A DNA stretch of 64,000 bases from Takakia lepidozioides. Taxonomy: Eukaryota > Plantae > Bryophyta. Positions within the stretch are counted from its first letter, which is position 1. The number at the start of each line of letters is the position of its first letter. The stretch is from contig CM060734.1 of assembly GCA_030704615.1 (NCBI GenBank), forward strand, positions 620,001 through 684,000. Direction: 5' to 3'. Shown in pieces: positions 11,090 through 24,160 of the stretch. The notes beneath the pieces were generated by a model. It made no database searches, was not told the origin of the DNA, and worked only from the letters and a program-made list of their open reading frames with translations. The translations under genes were made by a program, and so were the position numbers.

Positions 11090-14000
11090 ATGTCGACAAT
11101 TTGCCACTCTCGACTCTCTCTCTTCCCTTCAACCATCTCTGTTAATTCGAAGAAAGATCACCAACTTGCAATTACACAGCTTTCATGGTCATCTGGGTGC
11201 AACGTGTTTCGCGAGACTGAGGCCATACACAGCAGGTCCCCAGGAAAAAAGTCATCTCGCTCGCAAGAGGGGCTCGTGGCGTGCAGGGCAAGCACGCTGC
11301 TAGAGAATGTGATCGTGTCAGAATCCAAGAGGATGAATTTGAAGTACGATTTAGCCCGGTTTGATCCCCTTAAGCGGCGTCCAGTGGACCTAGTGGTGGT
11401 GGGGGTGGGTCCAGCGGGGCTGGCTGTGGCACACAGAGTATCAGACAGGGAGTGAGTGTTTGTTGCATAGATCCAGCTCCTCAGAGAGTTTGGCCAAATA
11501 ATTATGGTGTCTGGGTTGACGAGTTTGAGGCCATGAATTTGTTGGATTGCTTGGATTACACCTGGGCTAGCACGTCAGTGTATCTTGACGATGCCTGGAA
11601 GAAGCTGCTGGATAGACCCTATGGCCGTGTCAATCGTACTCGGTTGAAGTCCAAGATGATCGAGGCATGCATTTTGCAGGGAGTTGAGTTCCATCAATCC
11701 AAGGTTTGCTTTTTCTTCTTCTGTGTAAAACATTTTGATATATTTCACGGGACTGGGATAGATGACACTACGGCGAGTTTTACGTAGTGAGGGAAACGTT
11801 CATAGATTCGATATACCATTGTAACAGTGGAAGTACTAGACAGGAAGTTTGACTTTTGGGAAATCACTCATCATACTGCGCTTTAATCAACATATTGTCC
11901 AGAAGTTAACCAAGGTTGCTGTGTGCTCATCTTGTTACCTCTTATGTGTTGCCTTTCAGTATCCTAAAGTCGCCGCATTGACCGGAACAGGTTAGGAATG
12001 TGGCGCACAGCGACGATGGCTCTTATGTAGCATGTGATGATGGCACTTTGATAGAGGCAGCTCTGGATGCCACGGGGTTCTCAAGGCAGCTGGTGCGACA
12101 TGACAAGCTCTTCAACCCTGCCTACCTAGTTGCCTATTTGTTGGAAGTCAATTCTAACATTCATCAAGTCATATGATGAATCTTGAAAGGACACAACTGT
12201 TAGACAAAGTGTTGTGATCTGTGTGAGTTAGACCTATTGTGACCTATTGGCTGTATCAATAGTCACAACTGTTCATATGTCTTAAAGTGAGCACACGCTC
12301 ACTATTGTAACATCTTCTTCATTATCAATTCTCCATAAATTTTACATGGTATCAGAGCTAGTGCTCAACCGATCCATAGAGATCTAATGAGAGTCGACTT
12401 AAGATTGTCATGCTAGTATTGTAATACTAGTAGATATGATTGTCAAACAACTATCAAAGAAGATCTAAGATATTCACGATCTAAACTATTATATATAAAA
12501 CCAAACTTTGCAATATAGTATACCATAAGCACCTAAATCTGGTGAACATTATTCCTAGGCAAAGAAGCCCACGATGGAATATTCATGGTGAAAAACTGCA
12601 GAGAAAGAAATCATGGAGACAATTGAGTCTAATGGCCATTTCAAACATTTTAAAATGTTATTCAAGCATGTAACAATTTCGATTGTTAATGATGCTTGGA
12701 GTTCCAACAAACTTGTTTAAGAACCTTCATAGAGTTATGTCATGCGGCATTAGCTTAAAGAAGAGTTCTAAGGTGTCATCCCAACAGCACACTATTGGTG
12801 CATTATTTGAACTTCAAATGAGCAATTTCTCCAACAAGAACTTCTATTTGAAAATCAAGCTGTCTCTGAACTAATTGATAGCAAGCTGGTCACAATTACG
12901 ACTTCCACTTTGATGTGAACGAAGTCTCAGTTCGACCACGAGAAAGGGAGCACATGTGAGAGGACATTGGCCAACGCCGACAACTCTATAGATCTTATTT
13001 AATCAAAGATTAAAATTATGTGAATATGCTTTAATAGCATTGTTGGAAAAAAACAGGACCTTCAGAATTTAGACTCTTGAATTTTTTCATTGAGGGAGGG
13101 TGTTGGAAGTCAATTCTAACATTCATCAAGTCATATGATGAATCTTGTAGGGACACAACTATTAGACAAAGAGTTGTGATCTATGTGAGTTAGACCTATT
13201 GTGAATAGTAACAACTGTTCATATGTCTTAAAGTGAGCACACGCTCACTATTGTAACATCTTCTTCATTATCAATTACAAGTCACTCTCTCTCTCTCCAT
13301 AAATTTTACACTATGGCATTGTGGCTGAGGTACATGCCCTTCACTGCCCTGGCCTCTTGTTGTTTTGACAACTAACAAAACATGCAATCCGTGTAACGCC
13401 AAGTCCCTAACCAGCAAACCATTATAGAAGGAAGGTAGAGAGAAGAGAAAGTGAAGGAACTCGAAATTTCCACAGGTGGGGCCCAAGTGCCCACGGGAAG
13501 GGATCGACATGATCAATTACACCAAATTTTGCCCAAAGAGAAGGACAGAAAAACATTGTGGTTGTAGTCCCAAAGCCCAGTTTGGATAGAGCAGAAATAA
13601 AGATCTGAAAGGGATCAGGAGGATGGGAGAAGGACAGTGGCCCACTACCATTATAGAAGACTTGATCCAGTTGTGAGACTAAACTTTGATAATGAACTTG
13701 ATTCCAGCCTTCAGATGTTTTGGAGAAAGCTCTTTAACATAGCATCAATTTGATGTGAGCTCTGATAATAGAATTCAGACCCAAGGAGGGCCTCAGAATT
13801 CAGCATTGTCTCCAGCCTCTCAAACTGAGTAAAAAGCGGTGAAGCTTTATTGCTTTCGAAATGCCTCTTGTTCAGAAGAAATGAGTTGCTCTGGTAAGGA
13901 AATATACCCTATCTGCATGCAAAGCAGCCACACGGGGCACCTTTCCCCAGCTGGATCAACCTGCTGTTTGCAGAAGTAAGCAACCTGCTCTTGTGTTGGA

Positions 14001-14826
14001 ACTTCAGCCCCGAGCCCAGTGTGAGAAGGCCCACTAGATGGTACCTGATTCCACTTGTTCATCACAGAATAGCTGAGCATATTTTATGCCAAGCTTCACT
14101 TGGTTTGCTTTTGAGAAGCAGTTATACTAAAAAAATCAAATCGGGGTTCACTTTTGCAGGTGGATGGCCATCCGTTTGATCTAGACAAGATGTTGTTGAT
14201 GGACTGGCGGGACTCACAAGGCCCTTCTGGCTGACAATCTTAAGCTCCCAACCTTCTTATATGCCATGCCCTTCTCTGCTAATCATATCTTTCTAGGTGT
14301 GCTCCTTGTCTTCTTATGTGTTGTGTTGCTCATGTGCGTTGAACCCTGGCAGTCTAGGCAGAGTTGCTCCTGGCTCTGACTTGAAAGCATACCCTGGTCT
14401 TCATAAGGTGACCTCAGCAATTTTGCATCATTCTGTAGGAAGATGCAGAATGTCTTCTCATTCTAACTCTCCTGGTCTGGGGAAACGTCATGTAGAACTT
14501 TTGACTCTCCGTCCTGAATGCATGATATCACTTTTGGGATGTAAGATGTGAATGTGTGGCAACCTTTGTGAATGGCTAACCCAGGGGGCATAAAAGATTC
14601 ATAGTTCCTTGGGACAGAGTTTTGAAGTTCCTTATTCACACTTGTCATTCATCCAAAAAATTGAAGTCATCATGAAAAAACCTCTTTGAACCTGCATATT
14701 GTTTCAACTCTTAATAATCTGGGTTTCGCCTCTGCAGAGGAAACATCGCTGGTGGCAAGGCCTGGGGTTCCAATTGACGTCGTCCCCTAACGAATGGAGG
14801 CACGCCTCGAGTACTTGGGAATCAAC
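11090..14826 (+). pseudogene. LCYB: Lycopene beta-cyclase pseudogene, 3'-truncated and intron-containing
   Basis: Exons about 11090-11703, 11991-12138 plus 13316-13329, 14160-14296 and 14738-14826 with GT-AG joins. Motifs DLVVVGVGPAGLAVA, WPNNYGVWVDEFEAM, LDATGFSR, AYGIVAE, HPFDLDKMLLMDWRDS, PTFLYAMPFS and EETSLVARPG. Frameshifts near 11450 and 14218, a TAA near 14788, and an LTR element in exon 2. Confidence 0.92.
12139..13310 (+). mobile_element. Short non-autonomous copia-type LTR element (TRIM or internal-deletion derivative)
   Basis: LTRs 12139-12346 and 13101-13310 (TG..CA, ~210 bp); PBS TGGTATCAGAGC at 12347-12358; PPT TGAGGGAGGG at 13091-13100; TSD CTAT(T/G); no intact ORF. Confidence 0.92.
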
Positions 14827-15182
14827 CATTGTTGGACTGGTATGTCCATTTTTTAATACCAGACTGGTCCTGGTATGAAGGGTCCCAACCCCTTTTTCAT
14901 ACCGGCCCGAGTGACCGGAGCCACCGCCTTCCTCTTACGTTCTTGTTCGTGCAGCAGACCTCGCCCGACTTGCTATCTGTCACTTGGCAGGCTGATCTTA
15001 TGTTAGATGGTAGTCAGTTTTTTGAAAGTCTTACTTGCGGATTCAGAACTGCAGAGATATGATAGCTACAGTACTATTCTAACATTACGATGTATGCTGC
15101 ATGATCATTGCTACGTGGTACTATAGTTGAGGTGAAATTTGCTGTGCATTTCTAAAAATGTGGCCATTCTGGTGAGAAGGCA

Positions 15183-15786
15183 GTGGTTTTGAGTGGTCAT
15201 CGTTCTGGTGAGAAAGCGGTGAGGAAGCGAGTGAAGGTAGAGGGTAGTGTGAAGGCGCAAACCAAGTATGCGCCACCTGTGCATGCTACACCACCTGTCA
15301 TTATATTTGATGGCAAGAATGATGTCACTCGCGATATGTTTGCAAAGACATACGATCTTTGCAATGAAGGGCTGCCACCGAGAGCTTTGATCCCAGGCAG
15401 AGATTGCACTGAGGCCGAAGTTGCCGAGCTTTTTGGCACTCTACTGAACAAGAACGGTTATAGTTACTTACACGATCCTGCTAATTGAGCTTATCACTAG
15501 AGTTGAGGAGCTTTGGATGATCATTCATCAAAAGCAACATGTCATTGCGAGCCGTATGGTAATCAAAGCCATAGCTAGAGGGATTTTCTGTGAGAGAAAC
15601 GGTAGAAAAGTTAATTGGGCTGTGTTTGGAGAGTTGGCAGTTAGGGAAGCGCTGCGAAAACTCCAAAACGTGGAGCTTCTGGGAGGTGGGGATATTAACC
15701 CAGGGAACATAATGTTACAGAGATCTGACATTCCAAAGCCTCCCACTCAATGTAGTGGAGATCAAACCCGAGCTGTTGCGCACTAA
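15183..15786 (+). pseudogene. Frameshifted ORF of unknown function, probable DNA-transposon cargo
   Basis: ORFs 15183-15488 and 15517-15786 join across a frameshift near 15485 into a protein-like sequence (ELITRVEELWMIIHQKQH..RGIFCERNGRKVNWAVFGE). Confidence 0.45.
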
Positions 15787-18309
15787 AGATGACTCCCAAT
15801 ATGAGGTTCCCTCCCTGGCCTGTTCTTAGGTACTACAGGCCTGCTGCTATTTGCTGTGACTTCAGTTTCGTGCAGGATCTGATTCAATCACCAGGTTGTC
15901 TCTGTGGCCGTGCCAAGAGATTTCATGGTTTCTGTCATGAGGATACAGGCAGAATTCCACCTGCCTGGTTCTGCCCCCAAACAACACATACGTACCATGG
16001 ACTTGAGCAACATTGGGCACACAAAGCTGAAAGAACTCTTCAGCCTTGGTATAAATCACATACCTCTCAAACATACTATGTTGGAGGATATGGTTGAAGA
16101 GTGCAGACAGAAGCAACAACAACCCTTGGTGGGTCTAAGGTTCTTATTCACAAATAAGAAAAATGCAGATAATGGACACATTGTTTGCCTTGCTTGAAAC
16201 ATGAGATCATTGTTGGCATTATAGCCCTGATACAACCAGCAACATAGCCAGCAAGAGATGGTTCACATCTTCTAGGAGCAGGGACAGCCACACATCCTAT
16301 TCCCATGCACATAGTGCTGTGGAGCCCTTGGCATCCAAATGGAAACTGGACTCCCGGACCCATACTTCCAATTTCGCCATACCTGCCAACTCCGTGTTGA
16401 TTCAGCATGAAACTCTGTTGCAGATGCGAATGAGCGACCAAGAACTATCCTCAAACGCACAAGGAGGCATCTGTACCTATGACCACGGCAAAACATGCCA
16501 TGCGATCAGCACCAAACAGAGTAGGCTACAAAACTAACGGTGTCCCCTAAACGAGGGTTGATAAGAGATGAAGAAGAGACCTACACAAGCACTGAGAATA
16601 CCTATAATGAATGAAAGCCACCCCCCCACTAATGGCCACAAAGGTACTGACTAGTTTAGATTGCATGCTTAGAGAAACACAAGGAACACTCATCTCTGGC
16701 CATGTGTTATATGTAAAAGGAGTAAATGTGGAAATGTAAGGTGCATACCTCACTGGGCCTGTCTACTTATGTGACTTTCGTGTCTTCAAACGGCCAGCAG
16801 CCCGTGTATTCTTTGCTGCAGACACCCGTGCCTTGACTTGTACCATGGGTTTTTTGGGCTTCTTTCTAGGGGAATGTCCATCATGGTTGTCTTTTGCAAC
16901 CTGCTGGTTACACTTTAACAAGACAGGTGGTGGTGACAAAGCATCATCTTGCATAGCCGTATCCAAATAATTGTCAGGAACAGATTGGGAGTACGGGTCC
17001 TCACTGACCATCTCATGGTCTGATTCATCACCTGTGCTTAACAGTTTCCTCACCAACTTGGGGTGAGATCTACCAGGGGGGGCACATCTGCAGGTTTCAG
17101 ATGAGTCTCAATTTGCATATACTGTGGATTCTGCTGATGGTGTACTCCAACTCCCAATTGGGTTGTGTAACAGTTAGGCTTAGAGTTTGGAGATGTTACC
17201 TCCATCCCACAGCCACTTGGCTTCTTTATTATTGCAGCCAGCTCAATGCTCGCGACGGATGGGCTCAGTAGAGATGATCTGTTAGCTCCCACATGAGAGC
17301 GTACCCAAGCTGCGATATGATCATTAGTCGAGAATGAAATTGAAGTACAGGTTGGGTTTGCTCCCACCCCACAGTCAATGAGACAATTAAATGAAAATGT
17401 GACCCTGATAGGACTACAAATAGAAAGTCAAAATGGACTCCAGCACATACTATTCTTGGTAAGCAGGCTCATCTGGAAAAGTAAACATCAGATCCTGAAT
17501 TCTGGAGAAAGGTTCAGTCAAAGCCACCAGGCTGAACGAGCAGCTCTATCAAAAAAAAACTAGTAGCTAATAGTCCGACCCTCTTTTTCGCATTCCTCTA
17601 CACATTGATCAAAGGAATATTGATGCAAGCATAATGTGCTTGACTGGGCCAAAGACTTGCCCACTTTGAAGGCAAGCAATGATAAAACGGTGACATGCCC
17701 ATAAAGAAATGTGCACAAGCCATCGAGGCCTTCCAAAAGGTTGTTGTGGCATGACATAATCTCAACAGAAAGGATTGGAAGTGCAACTAGGCCTCAGTTT
17801 GCAGACCTGCAAAAATTTCTACATTTTGATGGAAGATGGTAAAAAAAGAGCTTTGCAAAACAGGAATGGCTCTTCCCTGTTGCGACGATACCCAATGCCT
17901 GTCACATGCGGTAGAGTATTTCCTATTCATTGACTACTTGGATCCAAGACAATGATTCATTCATGCTACACCTTTGGGCTCAGGAGGGACTCTATCACCC
18001 GAGTGTACTTTCTAACTGTTGACCATCAAATGCAATGCAAGAGAGGTCAAAAATTGGCTACTAAGATCCTAAATCCAGCAGCTGGGAGTGACGATACAAA
18101 CCCAGTGCAGCAAAATTGACTTGATCTGCATAATCGGGCCCATCCAGGAGCCTTTACAGCTATCCATACGAATCTTTTGGCTCAACCCAGTAAAACATCT
18201 CGTTTGCAAATTCCATGTTCAATGTTCAATGTATATTCAATATTCAATGCTTAGTATATTCAATATTCAGAAAGTAGATAGATTCATAAATAAATAAATA
18301 AAATAAGTT

Positions 18310-18716
18310 CTACGGTTGAGGGGGAGGAGAGAGTGTGGAGGGGGGTCAGGAGGATTTGACCCCCAACCCTATGCAGCCTCTTTAGAGGGTACTCTCCACT
18401 ACATTACCAAAGATACATCAAAACCGACGGTCCTCTTTTTTATTTAATAGAGAAGTAGAGAGATTCTCAAAATATATATATATATACTACTGTTAAGTAC
18501 TACTGGGGGTCGAATCCCCCTGCCCGCCCTCCCCCTCAACAGTAGTACTTAGTTTTTTTTTTTTGGAAATCTCTCTATTTTACTATTAACTAAAAAGCAG
18601 GACTTTGCTTTCCCAAGTGGCGTTGGTATTGTAGTGGTCAGAAGCTTCTACCGGGGCTACATAGGGTTGAGGGTCGATCCCCCCCCTGCCCCCCCTCCCC
18701 CTCAACAGGTAGTACC
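18310..18716. mobile_element. Inverted pair plus one truncated copy of a tRNA-derived SINE-like repeat
   Basis: Plus copy ~18572-18716 has A-box-like TTGTAGTGG, B-box-like GGGTCGATCCC and tail cccctcaacag..gtagtac; an inverted copy lies at ~18310-18470 and a tail copy at ~18500-18550. Confidence 0.55.
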
Positions 18717-18918
18717 TAGTATTTTTTATTTATTTTTGAATCTCTCATGCATGCAAAGAGGACACTTATGAAGGTGATACCATTTGGTTTCAAAACTTCC
18801 TGTTGCACTTGCTCAAATTGTTGGAGGGCCTCCCTACAACCCCCATGCTGAGCATACCCAATGATCATTGCGCGCCATGAGACCACATTTTGTTTTGCCA
18901 TATTGTCAAAAACTTCGT
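18716..18918 (-). pseudogene. PLS-class pentatricopeptide repeat gene fragment
   Basis: EVFDNMAKQNVVSWRAMIIGYAQHG..EALQQFEQVQQEVLKPNGITFISVLFAC matches the PLS PPR consensus; isolated fragment. Confidence 0.85.
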
Positions 18919-20290
18919 CGCTCCCAGGTGTTTCCCTTAAAAATAAAATAAAAAAATCCCTTGAGTATATGCTTTATTGCTCGGTGTGGGGGAAGGTTCC
19001 CCCTTTGTCAGCATATGGATAACCGTGTATGTGCTGAGAGGTTTCTCACAGTTCACATAACTTTTGCAGTGGGTCCTCAATGATTTGCACAGAGCAGGTT
19101 TGTCAAAGTTGAATATATAATGAGTGAGAGAGCCTAGGGACAAGTCTGTCAGGCATGCCTGGTTCAGTAGTTTATCTCAGCCACCACCACTTAGCCACCA
19201 GCTCCTTATTCTCCCCACTTCAAATAAATGCCCACAATCAATGCATGGTGCAGTGCTCTAGTGCCACTCATAAAATTTCACTCTCATAGCCCAAGCTCGT
19301 CCCGGCCATACTAAAACATATGTAGTATTCAAACCTTCACAATATAGTCCATCGAGTCACTAACAAGGGAACTCTAAACTTGAAAAATGATCTCTGTTGA
19401 AGGATGGCTGCTGAAAAAATATCTACAGGTACCACATGCACATAGACAGAGCATATATGAACAAACCGAAGTAACTCGAAAAAGTAGTGGCACGGGTGCT
19501 CAATGATATATTCCCTAAGGTGAAAATCATGTCCTGAAATCCAAATGCACATTCAGTAAAGAAGCTTTTCACCAGCAACAAACCATGAAATAGCTCTGTC
19601 CACAGCATACCACAACAGAAGTGGTTGTTATAAGGATCTGCAAGCTAAGTTTCAACAGTACAGATAACATCACATATGGAGATCACTATCCTCCAGCAGT
19701 GACAACAAAGCACCCACTACCCCATCTGCTGCGATGCACACTACAAACACACCCCCCTAACTTGGGCTGCTAGTGGGGCCTCAACTTTAAACTAAGAGAT
19801 CCCAGCACCATGTCACGCCAGGTTACACCACTGTAATAGCACTGTTTGGATCACAACACCCCCGACCAAAGAGATTACCAACGACACCCATACATACGGG
19901 ATTAGATGCCATCTCCACTAAATTGCTCGCATAGGTGCCTCTATTTCTCTGATCCAGACTGGTGATGGACGTGGTATGTCAGTATGCACGCACTGAAATT
20001 ACCATCCTGGCATGAGACCACGGTCACTACCAAAATACGAGCAATGCACAGTTGGATTTGCCGGGGTACACCTTTGACTGCTACTGTCATAAACAACAAA
20101 CCTCAGAAATATCGATGACCATTCAATCCTAAATGTAAGCAGTAGAAATTGGCCTTGTTAGCCAGTACAGCCAGTGTAGCTACCACGTGAGCACGCTTGG
20201 CACACTAAGCGTGAGCAGAATCCCTTAAGCGTGAGCAGATTGTAAGCTTGAGCAGATTAGGGAAGCGGAGCCTACAGCCGAGGTAATATA

Positions 20291-21534
20291 GGGCCTATTG
20301 CCGTGGACGCAAACTCTTTTGAATGGAAATTCACGTGGGACCAAAGATGTCGCATGCAATGTGGGATGAATATGTGATGAAAAACTGTCGGATGAAAGAA
20401 ACATGGATGAATGAAAGAAGTGAAGGGATGAATGTGGGATGAAAAGCCGCCCTGAAGAATGGAGCATGCATGGACTGAAATAAGATTGATTGTACGGCAT
20501 TGATTGTACCCTTTTTTTTGGACGACACCTTGGCTGGAATTAAGCTTCTGCCAAATTAAAATACACTTATTTAAACTCAACAACACATACAATTTCCGTT
20601 GAGCTTCTTTATGACACTTGAATTTTTCCAATATCCTTCTGCTTGGAGGGGTGGAGATTAAGTTGGCGTCAACGCCATCTTAATCCAGACCTAGACAAAC
20701 ATACAGACAGGCAGGGTTCTTGAGTGGTTTCTACCTTTCTGTTTGTCAATTTCCTTGTGCTTAGAGAGGTGGAAATTAAGCTGGCGTCAACACCATCTTA
20801 ATCTAGACCCAGACAGACAGACAGGGTTCTTGAGTGGTTTCTGCTTTTCTGTTTGTCAATTTCCTTGTGCTTAAAGGGGTGGAGATTAAGTTGGCGTCAA
20901 TGCCATCTTAATCTAGACCTAGATAGACAAGTAGACAAACAAACAAACAAACAAACAAACAGATACACAAACAGACGGTAGGACTTGAGTGGTTGCTTCT
21001 TTTCTGTTTTTCAATTTTCTTTAGCTTTAGAGGGGTGGAGATTAAGTTGGCGTCAACGCCATCTTAATCCCGACCCAGACATGTAGCCATTCAGACATAC
21101 CATTGCAATGACTCTCTATGATGTTGTTGAGCAAATTCACTCAGTGGAGATGGAACACAAGATGCAACATAGGAAGGTCACAGAAAGGGGTGCGACCGAA
21201 AAGGAATCCTCTTGTGAGATTGATGCAGACAAAACCTATTGGCCATCGTACACGAAAAGCAGCATCGCCCCCTCTCTCCTCCAAAGCAACTTCTTCCCTC
21301 TTCAAGCTTTTTACCTTGCTTACATGATAAGCAGACTGGAATCGATATTTTGCATTCATCCACTCTACTTTCATCCTGATTTTTTATCATATCACATTCA
21401 TCCATCATTCATCTACTCACCAAACTTATTGCCAAGCCGTAGTCACACTCCAGGAATACTAAGCTCCCATTTTTTGCGGTTAAGCCTTGCGGCAATAGGG
21501 CTTCTAGGAGTTCACGGACCGCGGTAATAGGCCC
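20291..21534. mobile_element. Non-autonomous TIR element (PIF/Harbinger-like MITE) within GTGAGCAG-repeat MITE sequence
   Basis: TIRs GGGCCTATTGCCGTGG (20291) and CCGCGGTAATAGGCCC (ends 21534); inverted subterminal GGATGAA/TTCATCC repeats; flanking GTGAGCAG/CTGCTCAC repeats at 20188-20260 and 21562-21612. No clean TSD. Confidence 0.6.
20640..21080. repeat. Four tandem units each carrying hairpin ATTAAG(T/C)TGG-CGTCAACG-CCATCTTAAT
   Basis: Hairpins at 20657, 20775, 20885 and 21041, separated by shared sequence and a variable (CAGA/CAAA)n tract. Confidence 0.9.
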
Positions 21535-23069
21535 AACCCTAAATTCTAATTCCGAGGAACGTGAGCAGAATTCTGCTCACAGTATTTTCTGCTCACAATC
21601 TAGCACGCCCCCAACCAGTGTGTGAAGGACCCCTTTCTTGGACTTCCACAAAAGACTGAAGAATCACTCTGGGCAAGGTATGCTTTATATGTCTCATTTA
21701 AGTTGCACAAATCTCTCGTGCTTAATGCAAGAGAGTAAAATCAGAGAGAAAAAAAACATAGAAAGGGAGAGGCAAGCACACCAGTAGTGGCAGGTGTGAA
21801 AGACTTGATTGTCTGCATGAAGGAGACGGGGATGTATCTAAGGCTCACGTTTCCCAGCACAATGTTGATGCAAAAAACAAATGACATGGGCAAAATGCAG
21901 CTCCATCGATCTACTGGGTTGACTTCAATTAAGGGTAGACTGGCTCGCTGTGAAGCCTTGCGTGCCCTCCATTCTGCTTCTACTTTCCATTCACCTCACA
22001 TCGTCTCCGAACTCATGGCCATTCATGCTCCGACACTATCTCCTTCTCCCTACAAATCAATCCCCCTAACACTAAACTTCTCACTTGATTCCATAATCTG
22101 ACTCAATCCATTCACTGTCACTTTTGCAAGGCTTGGTGAAGGGGTGAACAGCTGCAGCACATACCCAAATTACTACAGCCCATCAAAAAGAGATGCAAGA
22201 GTGAGGAAATAGCTTTCTCAAACGTACCAAGCAAATCAGTGTGTACATACTTTCACACTTGCGATGTTTCACTGCATTCATATGGAATGCAGAAAAAAAC
22301 GATGCGCATCTTGCATGACTACGAAGATTTCGTTTGCAGAGACAAATCATGCATCCCTCACTCTTTCCTCCCCCTCTACAATTGCACAGATCCATTTGCG
22401 CATCTACCCTGCCAACAAACTACCTTGTTACTGTGTCTCTGTCCATTGACTTAGCCTATGAAGAGAATCTATCCACGTGGGGCTTGAACCCACTGTGATG
22501 CCCAACCACTTCTGGCGTGCATGTGGGTGCAAGGTGTGGGTCAGGGCAAACTGCAAGTTTCATGGCCTACTGCTCATGAGGTCTAGCTGCACACATCAAC
22601 AATGAGAAATGCTACCTCTCCAGCGTCAATGGTGCCTCAGGGTCCATTCATAGACAGTTGTGCCTTCGTTTTGGACACTGACTCCAGTAGCAGTGGATAT
22701 TCTTCGTCGGAATGAATCGACTGTTTTCAAACGATTTTTATTAAAGCACCAAATGGCCTCTCCACCTTCTTTGCAATTGGGTGTGAATGAGCAGATCCTG
22801 AAGCGTGAGCAGAAATCTGCTCACGGAATTTTCTGCTCACGGATTCTGCTCACGCTTTAGCAATCCCCACAAGGTTGTGAAGACACTAGCCCTGCTCTTC
22901 AGAAAACCATCTCTATTGTAAAGCACAGGAGGGGGAGATGAGATGAGACTAAATCGCCCGTTGCAGCCACCGCATAACATGACAACTCAAAATCTGTTTG
23001 CAAATTTTCCAAAATAAAAAGCAAAACAAAATAAAAATCCGATTTTTATTTTATTTTTATTTTTATTTT

Positions 23070-24160
23070 TTCCCGATTGTGCTAGATTAAGGTGTCGTCA
23101 ACGACACCTTAATCTGGTTGCTCTTCTGGTGTGCTATTTGGGGTGAATGACATCTACAAATTATTCGGACTACATAACTTATGATTCATTGTCATGTCCT
23201 TCTTTCTGGTGACCAGAAATCCATGCTGGGTAAACGCTAACAAAAGCAAGGGTTGGGTTCAATTGCAAGTTTCAAAAAAAAAAAAAAAAAAAATGTTTTT
23301 TTTTTTTTTTTTTTTTGGTTTCCCTCCCCCCCCCCAAAGGCTGCTCTTCTGGTGTGTTATTTGGGGTGAATGACATCTACAAATTGCTCAGACTACATAA
23401 CTTATGATTCGTTATCATGTCCCAACAGGGCTGGGAATTAAGATGTCGTTGACAACACCTTAATGTCTGCTTCTTTGCACAAAAAATGTCCCCCACTATG
23501 ATTTTTCCAGGGGACATATTTGTTCTAGGGAGTATTCATGGGTTCATTTGTCATGTGCTGACAGGGGCTGCGATTTAAGCTATCGTTGACGACAGCTTAA
23601 TGCCTACTTCCCTGCGCATGCTAATCCCTGAGGATAGATGTTGTTGCAGTCATCCAACGATTTATTTATTTATTTTCTCCCGAATGTGCCTGATTAAGGT
23701 GCCGACGACACCTTAATCTGGCTGCTCTTCTGGTCTGCTATTTGGGGTGAATGACATGTACAAATTGCTCGGACTACATAACTTATGATTCGTTGTCATG
23801 TCCTTCTTCCTGGTGACCAGAAATCCATGTTGGGTAAGCGCCAGGTCTTTTGCTTGCAAAGCAGGGGTTGGGTTCATTTGCAAGTTTTCCAATATATATA
23901 TTTTTTATTTTTTATTTTTTATTTTTTTCCCCTTCACCCCCCCCCCCCCCCAAGGTGCCTGATTAAGGTGTCGTCAACAACACCTTAATGTGGCTGCTCT
24001 TCTGGTGTGCTATTTGGGGTGAATGACATCTACAAATTGCTCGGACTACATATTTTATGATTCGTTGTCATGTCCCAACAGGGCTGGGAATTAAGATGTC
24101 GTTGACGACACCTCAATGCCTGCTTCTATGCACAAAAAATGTCCCCCCTATGGTTTTTTC
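23070..24160. repeat. Complex tandem repeat with hairpins ATTAAGGTGT-CGTCAACG-ACACCTTAAT and variants
   Basis: Hairpins at about 23086, 23437, 23574, 23693, 23962 and 24090; the block gctcttctggtgtgctatttggggtgaatgacatc occurs four times. Confidence 0.9.

Noticed and set aside
18572-18716. tRNA gene (also 44240-44320)
   Set aside because: Only A/B-box-like motifs and no cloverleaf; treated as SINE remnants.
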